Assembly: GCA_021801225.1 (NCBI GenBank)
Contig: JAJYYF010000007.1
Coordinates: 1-61,019, forward strand
Source: Candidatus Micrarchaeota archaeon
Lineage (GTDB): Archaea > Micrarchaeota > Micrarchaeia > Micrarchaeales > CABMGC01
Direction of reading: 5' to 3'
DNA: 61,019 bases
The notes under the pieces were generated by a model, which searched no databases, was not told where the DNA came from, and was given only the letters and a program-made list of their open reading frames with translations. Numbering within the stretch: position 1 is the first letter of the stretch; each line of letters starts with the position of its first letter. Positions 9,970 to 19,033 of this stretch are shown one piece after another. A program made the position numbers and the translations under genes.

Positions 9970-11232
9970 TCATATTGGTTTAGAGATAATGCAGGCATAA
10001 GAAGTATCAGTAACCTCAACGGTTACTTTCTCGCCAAGATTAAGTTTTTTTGACAAAACAGCAACAGGCCTGTAATATATGTCTCTTCCTGAAAATAGAC
10101 CGTTATTATTTTCAGTTATAACTACATCTTCTTTAAGGCCTATAAATTTATTATATTGAGAAACCTGCATCTCACGGATTTCTCTTGATAGTATTGTACT
10201 TCTTCTTTTTATCTCATTTGCAGTTATTTGTTGTAATTTTGAAGCTTTTGTATGGGGTCTCTGCCAAAACTTTGAGATGTTTGTTATTGCGGGCTTTATC
10301 TCGAATAGAAGATCCTCTGTTAATTTAAAATCATTAATGGATTCAGTCGGATAGCCAACTATTATGTCTGTACTTATAGTTATATTGGGTATTTTACTAC
10401 GGATATACTCAAAATAATATCGCACCTCATCTACAGTATAATTTCTTTGCATATCTTTTAAGATTTTATTACTTCCTGATTGTATAGGTAAATGTAAGAA
10501 CTTGAATACCTTTTTTTGTTTTAATGCGTCTATTAATGAATCTAGATACTTATGCAAATGTTCTGGATTTAACATTCCTATACGTAGCATAAAATCACCA
10601 TCTAATGAAGCAGCATGAGTTGCTAGCTCAGCTATATTTGTTTTTTTATCTGCCCCGTATGCACCTATATCCTGAGAGGTTAGTTCTATCTCATAAGAAC
10701 CATTATTTATGGATCTAGATATTGCTTTTAAGATTACATTTTCATCAAAACTTTTTAACGGACCTCTTGCAAATTTAGTTTCACAAAAAGAACAGTTACT
10801 TAAACAGCCTTCACTGATTGGTATTCTTGCTATTATTCCATTACTATTTATGAAGGAAGGTTTTTCTGCATCTTCAGTTTTTTTTATGTTAGGATTTAGA
10901 GTATTAAGAATTTTTATTGTTTCGCTTGTCTTTAATATTTTTGCTGTTGGAGAGGCTTTTTTAATTATGTCAGGGGTAGCTGATGCTAAACAACCCGTAA
11001 CAACTAAATTTTTATTTAGATTAGAAATCCTTTCTAATTTGCTTATTATTTTTTGTTCTGTTGGCTTCTTCACTGTACAGGTGTTTAAAATTATATAATC
11101 ATATTTAGCAGCTTCATTCAACCTTAAAGTACCTCTATCTACAGTGTGTCCCGCAGATTCTAAAATGTTGTTCATTACATCGCTGTCTGCATTGTTTAAT
11201 GTGCAGCCATATGTTTCTATGAATACTTTCAA
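9970..11232 (-). CDS. tRNA methylthiotransferase (MtaB/CDKAL1-type radical SAM)
   Basis: ETYGCTLN, NTCTVK, GCLSNCSFC and a C-terminal TRAM-like region. Confidence 0.92.
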   Translation of the reverse strand: MKVFIETYGCTLNNADSDVMNNILESAGHTVDRGTLRLNEAAKYDYIILNTCTVKKPTEQKIISKLERISNLNKNLVVTGCLASATPDIIKKASPTAKILKTSETIKILNTLNPNIKKTEDAEKPSFINSNGIIARIPISEGCLSNCSFCETKFARGPLKSFDENVILKAISRSINNGSYEIELTSQDIGAYGADKKTNIAELATHAASLDGDFMLRIGMLNPEHLHKYLDSLIDALKQKKVFKFLHLPIQSGSNKILKDMQRNYTVDEVRYYFEYIRSKIPNITISTDIIVGYPTESINDFKLTEDLLFEIKPAITNISKFWQRPHTKASKLQQITANEIKRRSTILSREIREMQVSQYNKFIGLKEDVVITENNNGLFSGRDIYYRPVAVLSKKLNLGEKVTVEVTDTSYACIISKPI

Positions 11233-11332
11233 GCTATCACTAGATATTGTAAAATATAAGTTAAATTATTATTCTATCCTATTTATATATTTTGTTATAC
11301 ATATATATTGTCATAAATTTTCAAGTGATAGA

Positions 11333-11521
11333 ATGCTTTGCGAAAGATGTGGTAAAGAGATACATAAAAATGTTAGTTGTGGCTACTGCAACAAGAAAAT
11401 TTGTTATAGTTGTCTTAAAAGCTCAAAAAGAGTTACAAAAGTAGAAAAAGCGTTTATATGTAAAGACTGCTGGAGCAATATGAAAAAAAGAAAGAAGTAC
11501 AAATCATTAATAGGAGAGTAA
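11333..11521 (+). CDS. Small Cys-rich zinc-finger protein (62 aa)
   Basis: ATG 11333 follows AGTGAT; four CxxC pairs (CERC, CGYC, CYSC, CKDC). Confidence 0.8.
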   Translation: MLCERCGKEIHKNVSCGYCNKKICYSCLKSSKRVTKVEKAFICKDCWSNMKKRKKYKSLIGE

Positions 11522-11581
11522 CTACTTTTTAATATTAAAATTCAGATAACTTTATATATCTTAAAATAACTTGTAATTAGT

Positions 11582-12502
11582 ATGAGATATCAAAAATCTT
11601 TTTATCTTCTAGGTTTATCTATTTTTATAGTTATATTACCTTTTTCACATACTGGAGGTTTTTACGCACCTTCTGGAGGATACGTCCACGGATTTAATAT
11701 AAGTAATACTACAATAAATGTAAATACTACTGTGAATTATACAAAACAAAACATAAATTTCAGTAATAATTACTTAATAGGATTGTTTGGCAATGATTAT
11801 TACTTAAAGTATATAAAATTCTCAAGTTACAATACAATAAACAAAACAACAACTGTAAATTATAATTATATGTTGCCTATGAAAAATGGTACAATTTTAC
11901 AGGATAACAACTCTTTATTTTCATCGAACAATACAATAGAAAAAGAATTATCTATAATTACAATTGTTAAAAATAATAAAACATTATATTACTTTGGACC
12001 AAATAAAGCGTATTATTTAAATATAACTGCAAAACAGGCATTAAACATTAGCAATAAGTATGGATTTAATGCTACTTTAGATGGTATTCAACCAATATAT
12101 GAAAATTATAGTAAAAATTATACTTATTATTTAGTTTGGAAAGTAATAAACAACACATATTACTATCCAAGATTAACAAACACAACTGAGTATTACTCAA
12201 AACTCTATAAGGGTATTTATGTAGATATAAACAATGGAAGCATAGTTGGAGAATTTTTGTATAGTCCTACAAAGACAGTGCAAAGTTACCAAAATAATAT
12301 CACAGGAGTTGCAGGTATATTTTCTTTGTTTCCATTGAGTATTTACAACTCAACAGTTCAGAAATTGCCATCTGGATATAATAGCACCGTTTTGTTACAG
12401 TTTAACCCAAACTACCTCTTAATTGAAATGGTATTTATTGTTACAGTGATAATAGTAATCGTAGCTTTTATAATTTTCAGATATTTAATGCATCATAAAT
12501 AA
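11582..12502 (+). CDS. Secreted, C-terminally anchored Asn/Tyr/Thr-rich surface protein
   Basis: Signal peptide, many N-x-S/T sequons, C-terminal TM followed by RYLMHHK. Confidence 0.8.
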   Translation: MRYQKSFYLLGLSIFIVILPFSHTGGFYAPSGGYVHGFNISNTTINVNTTVNYTKQNINFSNNYLIGLFGNDYYLKYIKFSSYNTINKTTTVNYNYMLPMKNGTILQDNNSLFSSNNTIEKELSIITIVKNNKTLYYFGPNKAYYLNITAKQALNISNKYGFNATLDGIQPIYENYSKNYTYYLVWKVINNTYYYPRLTNTTEYYSKLYKGIYVDINNGSIVGEFLYSPTKTVQSYQNNITGVAGIFSLFPLSIYNSTVQKLPSGYNSTVLLQFNPNYLLIEMVFIVTVIIVIVAFIIFRYLMHHK

Positions 12503-12507
12503 TTAGT

Positions 12508-15500
12508 TTATAGAGTTTTTATTTGAATAACTAGTTTTTCTCCTTCTATTTCAAATTCTTTGATTTGTAAGTTTTCATTTGATAGTTCTTTGTACATTTT
12601 TTTAGCGTTTACATAATTCATTATCTCATTTTCAAATAAATCAATTGCTTCCCTTAATTCGCCAGATGCTGAGTAAAATAACTCAATTTTATCTTGTTTT
12701 TTAAGTGAGTTTTCTTTCCTTAAGAGTTGTACTCTTCTTTCAAATTCTCTAACTAATGCTTCATACTTAAGTTTTTGATCTATATGTGAATCTATATAAA
12801 TAAAACCATATTTAAATTTTACACCGTTTTCAGCAGTTAACTTTTCTATTACTGTGAAGTGTGTTTCATTAATTTGAACTGGACCCTTTTCTGTATGTAG
12901 TATGTAATAACCAACAGCGGATAACTCTTTTCTTATTTTATTATAATCTTCAGTCTTTAATGCTTCAGATACTGAAGTACTTTTATCTTTAAACTCTGGC
13001 CCTATTTTTGAGAAATTAGGTTTTATTTCTATTGAAACTGACTCTACTTTTTTTAGCGTAATCTCTTTTACGTTTGTATAATCACAAATTAGTCCATTAA
13101 ATTTTGCAATGATGCTCTCTAATTCAGGATATGTAGTTTCTATTGTAACTTTAGATACAGGCCATCTTAATTTTATTCCAGATTGTTCCCTACTGTTAAG
13201 AACACCGGTTATTATCTCATCGACAATTGAAAAATCTTTTTCTAAATCTAAATTAATAAAATCTTTAGGAAGTTTTGGCCATGTATTTAAGAATATGCTT
13301 TCTTTATCGCCACACATTTTTTTGTTTACTTCTAGATATAAATACTCTGAAGAAAAAGGAGTAAATGGAGATATCATTACATTTAAATTGTATAAAATAT
13401 AATTCATTAAATCCACATAGTATTTTGCTTTGCTCTTTTCAGCAAAAAGTATCTTCTTTTTGAATATTTTTAGATAGAATCTACTCAAATCATTTAATAA
13501 AAAGTTGCTAATCGAGTTATTTGCAATTTGAATTTTATAATTAGTTAAAGCTTCTGTTACAACCTGCAAAGTAGATGAAAATCTTGAAAGGATCCATAAA
13601 TCCTCAATATCTTTAATTTTTTTAATGTTTGGTTTTTTAATTTTAGTAGGGATATATCTTGTTAAAGATGTGTACTCATTGAATAGATTAAACATATTAT
13701 ATAATGTGCCTATTTTCTTTTCAGATTCTTTCATTTCATCTTTTTTAAATTGTAAGTCTAACCACTGTGTATGACTAGAACACCATAATCTATAACCATC
13801 TGCAGATGTTATTTTTAAAAGTTCTTCTAATGAAATGTAGTTTCCTAAACTTTTGTGCATCTCTCTTCCATCATCTGATAAAAGCATCCCATCAATCACT
13901 ACATTTTTAAATGGTGCTTTTCCATAAAGCATAACGCTTATTTTCAAAAGTGTTGAAAACCAACCACGCAGTTGATCTTTGCCCTCGAGTATAAAATCTG
14001 CTGGAAATAGTTTGTCAAACTCTTCTTGTGAAAGGCTTGCTTTGAAAGCTATTCCAGAATCATACCAAACATCAAAAACGTCACTTATTCTTGAAGCTTC
14101 GTCGCCGCATTTTTCACATTTGATTTTTATTTGATCTATGAATGGCTTATGTAGATTTGTGATTGCATTTGCTTTTTCCTTGTCTATTGAGTTTGAGACT
14201 AACTCCTCTTTTGAGCCTATAATTTTATCAGTGTTGCAAGAGGAACAATGCCAAATTGGAATAGGTATCCCCCAGTATCTTTGACGAGTTATACTCCAAT
14301 CTGGAGAGTTTGTTAAAACATCTTCCATCCAGGATTTCGCTTCTTCTGGATGCCATAGTACCTTCTTATTTTCAGCTATTAATTTATTTTTAATTTTTTG
14401 AATATTAAAAAACCATTGCTTTGTGACTAAAAAGAGAAGTTTTTCTTTACATCTCCAGCAATGTGGATAACTATGTTTTACCTTGAAATTTCCAAAAAGA
14501 ACATTAATTGATTTAAGATCATCGATTATTTTTAGATTTGCTTGCTCAGGCACTTTTAGATTAACATAAGAGCCTGAATCGTTGTTATAATTACCAGATA
14601 GATCAATTGGCGAGAATATAGGTAGATTATTTTTCAACCCTATTTGATAATCCTCTAGTCCATGACCAGGAGCTATATGTACAATTCCACTACCTTCTTG
14701 AGAAGAAACAAGTGTTTCTGCAGAAACTACTTTATGGACATTTCTTAATTCCTTTTGTTTTGGTATTTTATTTTCAAGAGGATTTATGTAAAAAAGGCCT
14801 TCTAATTCACTTCCGTAAAACTCTGCTTCTATTATGAAGTTATCTTTTGAGATTTCGGATAAGTATTCTAAACGGGATTTCATAAAAATAAGGGATTTGT
14901 TATTCATTTTTACCTTTACGTACAACTCTTTTGGATTTATCGCTATAGCTATATTAGAGGGTAATGTCCAAGGTGTTGTTGTCCAAATTAAGAAGTATGT
15001 ATTTTCAGATACCTCTATTTTAGGTTTTGACAACTCTTTGTTAATTTTAAACTCTACAAAAATTGAGTTGTCAGTTTCATCTGAGTACTCTACCTCTAAG
15101 GTCCCCTGGGCAAGAACAGTTCCGCAATGAGTACAATAAAGCATAGGCTTAACTCCAGAATAAAGTAAACCTTTTTCATTAATTTTCTTAAGTATATCCC
15201 ATGCAGATTCTATGAAAGAATTTTCATATGCCAGATAAGGTTTTTCAAAATCGAGAGATGCTCCAAATCTAATAAAATCTTTTGTCATTGAAGGAATTAA
15301 TGAAGTCACATATTCTTTACAGTAATTTGTAAAGTTCTCAACACCTATCTTAATCTCTATATCTTTTTTTGAAGTTAGTTCCAGAGTTTTTTCTACTTTA
15401 TTCTCAATAGGAAGACCATGTACATCATAACCTGCTTTATCATGGACATCGAAGCCCTGTAATCTACGGAATCGTATATAAATATCTTTAATTGATTTAA

Positions 15501-15660
15501 CCCAAATTTGACCAGGATGTAAATACCCACTTGAGTAAGGAGGCCCATCTAAAAAGAAAAATGTTTTATTGCCTTTATTCAAAGCCCTTGTTTTTTGTAG
15601 GATATCCATTTCCTTCCAATATTGAAGTATCTGTTCTTCGTTTTTTATGAAATTGAACAT
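12508..15660 (-). CDS. ileS: Isoleucyl-tRNA synthetase (archaeal/IleRS2 type)
   Basis: DGPPY, WTTTPWTLPSN, HSYPHCWRC, SITRQRYWG and EGKDQLRGWF. Confidence 0.97.
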   Translation of the reverse strand: MFNFIKNEEQILQYWKEMDILQKTRALNKGNKTFFFLDGPPYSSGYLHPGQIWVKSIKDIYIRFRRLQGFDVHDKAGYDVHGLPIENKVEKTLELTSKKDIEIKIGVENFTNYCKEYVTSLIPSMTKDFIRFGASLDFEKPYLAYENSFIESAWDILKKINEKGLLYSGVKPMLYCTHCGTVLAQGTLEVEYSDETDNSIFVEFKINKELSKPKIEVSENTYFLIWTTTPWTLPSNIAIAINPKELYVKVKMNNKSLIFMKSRLEYLSEISKDNFIIEAEFYGSELEGLFYINPLENKIPKQKELRNVHKVVSAETLVSSQEGSGIVHIAPGHGLEDYQIGLKNNLPIFSPIDLSGNYNNDSGSYVNLKVPEQANLKIIDDLKSINVLFGNFKVKHSYPHCWRCKEKLLFLVTKQWFFNIQKIKNKLIAENKKVLWHPEEAKSWMEDVLTNSPDWSITRQRYWGIPIPIWHCSSCNTDKIIGSKEELVSNSIDKEKANAITNLHKPFIDQIKIKCEKCGDEASRISDVFDVWYDSGIAFKASLSQEEFDKLFPADFILEGKDQLRGWFSTLLKISVMLYGKAPFKNVVIDGMLLSDDGREMHKSLGNYISLEELLKITSADGYRLWCSSHTQWLDLQFKKDEMKESEKKIGTLYNMFNLFNEYTSLTRYIPTKIKKPNIKKIKDIEDLWILSRFSSTLQVVTEALTNYKIQIANNSISNFLLNDLSRFYLKIFKKKILFAEKSKAKYYVDLMNYILYNLNVMISPFTPFSSEYLYLEVNKKMCGDKESIFLNTWPKLPKDFINLDLEKDFSIVDEIITGVLNSREQSGIKLRWPVSKVTIETTYPELESIIAKFNGLICDYTNVKEITLKKVESVSIEIKPNFSKIGPEFKDKSTSVSEALKTEDYNKIRKELSAVGYYILHTEKGPVQINETHFTVIEKLTAENGVKFKYGFIYIDSHIDQKLKYEALVREFERRVQLLRKENSLKKQDKIELFYSASGELREAIDLFENEIMNYVNAKKMYKELSNENLQIKEFEIEGEKLVIQIKTL

Positions 15661-15747
15661 TGAATCTCCACTTTAATGTTTTAGAATATATCAATTAAAC
15701 TTATTAAACCTTTTCAACTAAACATTATTGTAAAATATTGTGTATTT

Positions 15748-16386
15748 ATGAGAAAAGCTGATCTTGCCACAATTTTAAGAGTATTACTCGTATTTTTAGT
15801 AGCATATTTAGTTATATTAAAAATAAATCCTATATACTCCATATTAATATTGATAATAGCTTTCTTATTAGATGGTGTTGATGGATATCTTGCAATAAGG
15901 GAAGCTAGCTCTAATAAAATATCTTTCTTGATGTATATAAAAACGGTTAAAGGAGATTCAAAATATAGAAAAGAAATAAAGGAATTAAAGGAAAGCATAT
16001 CTAAAAAATATCCACATGGTCCAAGAATGGATGTTGCCGGAGATAGAGCAGTAGAGTATGCTCTTTGGGCCGTCTTTACATATTTAAATATATTGCCTTT
16101 GTTTATAATTTTAATAGTTATATTTAGGCACTCTTTTGTAGATGGATTAATGGCTGCAAAAGGAACATCAAATAAAATGAAGAGTAAGCTAGCAAAGATT
16201 ATTTACTCTTCAAATATAAGTAGAGGTGGAGTGAATGTTGTCAAGTTCGTAACATTTTCTTATTTGATTTTAGTTTATACATCAAAGTTTCCTATAATTT
16301 ATGGTTACATTTTAACAGGAATTCTCCTTTTATATATAATTTTAAGAGGAGTTGCTGAAGTTTATGAGGTATTTCAGAATGAATAG
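15748..16386 (+). CDS. CDP-alcohol phosphatidyltransferase family protein
   Basis: LDGVDGYLAIR...GPRMDVAGDR signature; TM helices. Confidence 0.85.
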   Translation: MRKADLATILRVLLVFLVAYLVILKINPIYSILILIIAFLLDGVDGYLAIREASSNKISFLMYIKTVKGDSKYRKEIKELKESISKKYPHGPRMDVAGDRAVEYALWAVFTYLNILPLFIILIVIFRHSFVDGLMAAKGTSNKMKSKLAKIIYSSNISRGGVNVVKFVTFSYLILVYTSKFPIIYGYILTGILLLYIILRGVAEVYEVFQNE

Positions 16387-17089
16387 TAAAAAACCGTATA
16401 TTAGTGTTATTGTTCCTGCAAAGAATGAAGAAAAGTATATAATGAATGTTTTTAGAGGTTTGAAAAAACAGAGTTTTAAGGACTTTGAAGTAATAATAAT
16501 AGATGGAGGAAGTACTGACAATACGGTAAACATATCGAAAAAATATGCAAAAGTTATTGTTGATAAAAGAAAGGGGATAGGAAGAGCTAGAAACATTGGT
16601 GCAAAAATTGCAAAAGGAAAACTTTTAGTATTCATAGATGCAGACACCATGCCTTCAAAAAACACTCTTGAAGAGTATAAAAATATAATAAATGATAAGG
16701 TTGTAGCTGCTACAGGTCCGATACTCCCACTTGAAAAAACAAACTTAAGAATAACATTAGGATTTAAATTTGTTTCAATATTTTTTGTAAAGTTAGCAAT
16801 AAAAATAGGAAAACCAAGTATAGTAGGTTCAAACTTTGCCATATCAAAAAAGGCTTTTAATAAAATTAATGGCTTTGATGAGAAATTGATAACTTATGAA
16901 GACTGGGATTTATCAAATAGAGTTAAAAAATATGGGAAGATAGAGTTTGTAGATGACGCAGTTGTTTACACAAGCACAAGAAGGGTTGAGAAGTGGGGAA
17001 TTTCTGGCTTCTTTATGTTTCATGTAGGAAACATGATACGCTATAACTTATTCAAAAAGTCAAAGGACCACTATGAAGAAATTAGATAA
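16379..17089 (+). CDS. Glycosyltransferase family 2
   Basis: SVIVPAKNEE, IDGGSTD, FIDAD and EDWDL; start refined to ATG 16379. Confidence 0.92.
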   Translation: MNSKKPYISVIVPAKNEEKYIMNVFRGLKKQSFKDFEVIIIDGGSTDNTVNISKKYAKVIVDKRKGIGRARNIGAKIAKGKLLVFIDADTMPSKNTLEEYKNIINDKVVAATGPILPLEKTNLRITLGFKFVSIFFVKLAIKIGKPSIVGSNFAISKKAFNKINGFDEKLITYEDWDLSNRVKKYGKIEFVDDAVVYTSTRRVEKWGISGFFMFHVGNMIRYNLFKKSKDHYEEIR

Positions 17090-17094
17090 ATAAA

Positions 17095-17925
17095 TTAAAA
17101 TAAAGCAAGAATAGCAAGCGAATTTTCTAAAATATGTGCAACTATTGATGGATATATAGAGTTTGTTTTTTTGTATGCATAACCTGCAAGTATACCAAAT
17201 ACAGTTGCTGCAGTTATCAAAAGAACAAAAGAAACAAGATCTATTGATGAGTAATAACCAGAGTGTAGTAATCCGAATATAATTGCGCTAGGAACTATCC
17301 CAATTCTTTTGACCAATAACCCTCTGAATGTAATCTCTTCGATTATTGGAGCTATTATTGCCACAAAAAAGTAAAACCATATTGGTGGTGGAGCTGGAGT
17401 ATTTTGAAATATTGAACCGGTATTCCCAGTTATATTTGAATTAGTCGCATAGGATAAAAATGATGACAAAATTATTGTAAAAAATACTAATGTTATGAAT
17501 ATTCCCACCCCCAGTAAAAGATTTTTAGGGGTTAATGTATGTAAAGAAAGACCAAGCTCTTTTGCAAATCCTTTGTTCATTTTTTTAACAAGAAATAGGT
17601 ATGACAAAACAGTAAGTATAAATGTTAACTCAGTTGCTACTGAAGATGCAGCTTCTAAATTAGGTATTATATTAACAGCGTATAGAAAACTGAAAACTAC
17701 ATTAGTTAATAATAGAAAAACTAGTCCAAGGAATAAAAATATAATACTGTTAAGTACTTTGCTTTTTATTGAAGTTTTAGTTTTAAAAGTAAGATCTTTT
17801 TTTGTTTTTTTCTTTGAATTTAAGGTATATTTATTTGAAGATAAAGCTTTATTTTTATTATTTTTTGATGTTAATTTTGAGTAAGGAGATTTCTTTGATT
17901 TTAAGTTCTTACTTTTTTTAACTAT
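17095..17925 (-). CDS. CPBP (CAAX/Abi) intramembrane metalloprotease, probable ATA start
   Basis: EEITFRG, FGLLH and AHILEN motifs; the frame is open 106 codons upstream of the first TTG, back to ATA 17925. Confidence 0.82.
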   Translation of the reverse strand: MVKKSKNLKSKKSPYSKLTSKNNKNKALSSNKYTLNSKKKTKKDLTFKTKTSIKSKVLNSIIFLFLGLVFLLLTNVVFSFLYAVNIIPNLEAASSVATELTFILTVLSYLFLVKKMNKGFAKELGLSLHTLTPKNLLLGVGIFITLVFFTIILSSFLSYATNSNITGNTGSIFQNTPAPPPIWFYFFVAIIAPIIEEITFRGLLVKRIGIVPSAIIFGLLHSGYYSSIDLVSFVLLITAATVFGILAGYAYKKTNSIYPSIVAHILENSLAILALF

Positions 17926-17929
17926 TTAA

Positions 17930-18076
17930 TCACTTTTTAAGTTCAGTATAATGACACTTACCACATGCATATCTATTTGCATGAGACGCCATCCTTACTC
18001 CACATTTAGGACAAAACTTTTCTGCAGCTTTGTAAGGTGTCGTTTTCTTTGCTTTTGTTTCTTTTTTTTCTGCCAT
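17930..18076 (-). CDS. rps27ae: 30S ribosomal protein S27ae (eS31), not in the ORF track
   Basis: [48 protein letters not shown]; follows rps24e. Confidence 0.93.
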   Translation of the reverse strand: MAEKKETKAKKTTPYKAAEKFCPKCGVRMASHANRYACGKCHYTELKK

Positions 18077-18135
18077 TTAATCAAATCTCATTGAATATTA
18101 ATTTATAATTATTATTGCTTTTCTTCTTTAGCTCC

Positions 18136-18528
18136 TTATTTCTTTTCCTCCTTAGGAGCTTCCTTTTTCTCTTCTTTCTTTTCTTGCTTTGGTTTTTCTG
18201 CCTTAGCCTCTTCTTTCTTTTCCTCTTTTGGCTTTTCTTCTTTTGGTTTTTGTGTTTCTTCTCCCTTAACTGACTTTTCGTACATCATCATTTCTTCTTT
18301 TTTATTGTAAGAATTAACAGATATGTTACATTCCTGAACTCCGTATTGTTGGTCTATTCTGGTTATAACAGTAAGAGATGGATTTAAGTTTTGTAATTTA
18401 CATATCTCTTCTTTTATCTTTCCTTTGCTAGGTGTCTCTCCTTTATAGTAAGCTGTGAAGGTCAACTCATGTCTTTTCAAAAGCTTATTCTCTTTCTTAT
18501 TATCTAATTTTAATTCTAAATTTTCCAT
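18136..18528 (-). CDS. rps24e: 30S ribosomal protein S24e (eS24) with E/K/P-rich tail
   Basis: ENKLLKRHEL...GETPS...IDQQYG; next to rps27ae. Confidence 0.9.
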   Translation of the reverse strand: MENLELKLDNKKENKLLKRHELTFTAYYKGETPSKGKIKEEICKLQNLNPSLTVITRIDQQYGVQECNISVNSYNKKEEMMMYEKSVKGEETQKPKEEKPKEEKKEEAKAEKPKQEKKEEKKEAPKEEKK

Positions 18529-18933
18529 CTAAACACTTCCTGTTACTCTAGATATAGCCCGTTTTTCTCCATAAATCATTATTTCTATCTCTGCACCTGG
18601 CTTTACTGTGTTTTGTAAATCCTCAGGTATAGGTATTTCAAATGTTTCATAAGACTCTAAATCCATTATTTGAGCACTATTTCCTGAAATAGAAACGACT
18701 TGTGCTTTTTTCTTACTTATTAATGGTATTTCTATATCCCCGCTGCTAGGTTTTAGTAATGTCCTTTTATTTCCATCAAAAACTCCTATTCCAGTGATAC
18801 GCATTTTAGCTGCTCCATGTTTTCCTGGTGCGGATGTTTCTACATCTACCACTCTACATGGGATTCCATCTATAAGAATAAATCTTCCAGTCTTAACTTC
18901 TTTCATTGATGCATATGATATTTCTTCAGACAT
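18529..18933 (-). CDS. eif5a: Translation factor aIF5A
   Basis: Hypusine loop SAPGKHGAAK. Confidence 0.96.
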   Translation of the reverse strand: MSEEISYASMKEVKTGRFILIDGIPCRVVDVETSAPGKHGAAKMRITGIGVFDGNKRTLLKPSSGDIEIPLISKKKAQVVSISGNSAQIMDLESYETFEIPIPEDLQNTVKPGAEIEIMIYGEKRAISRVTGSV

Positions 18934-19033
18934 TTAACCACAGTACTTTCTAATTTCAAAATATGAATTAGTATAGTAAATATTATATACAAAAATATTT
19001 AAACCCTTTTAGTTTTTGTTTTTTATTGAATAT

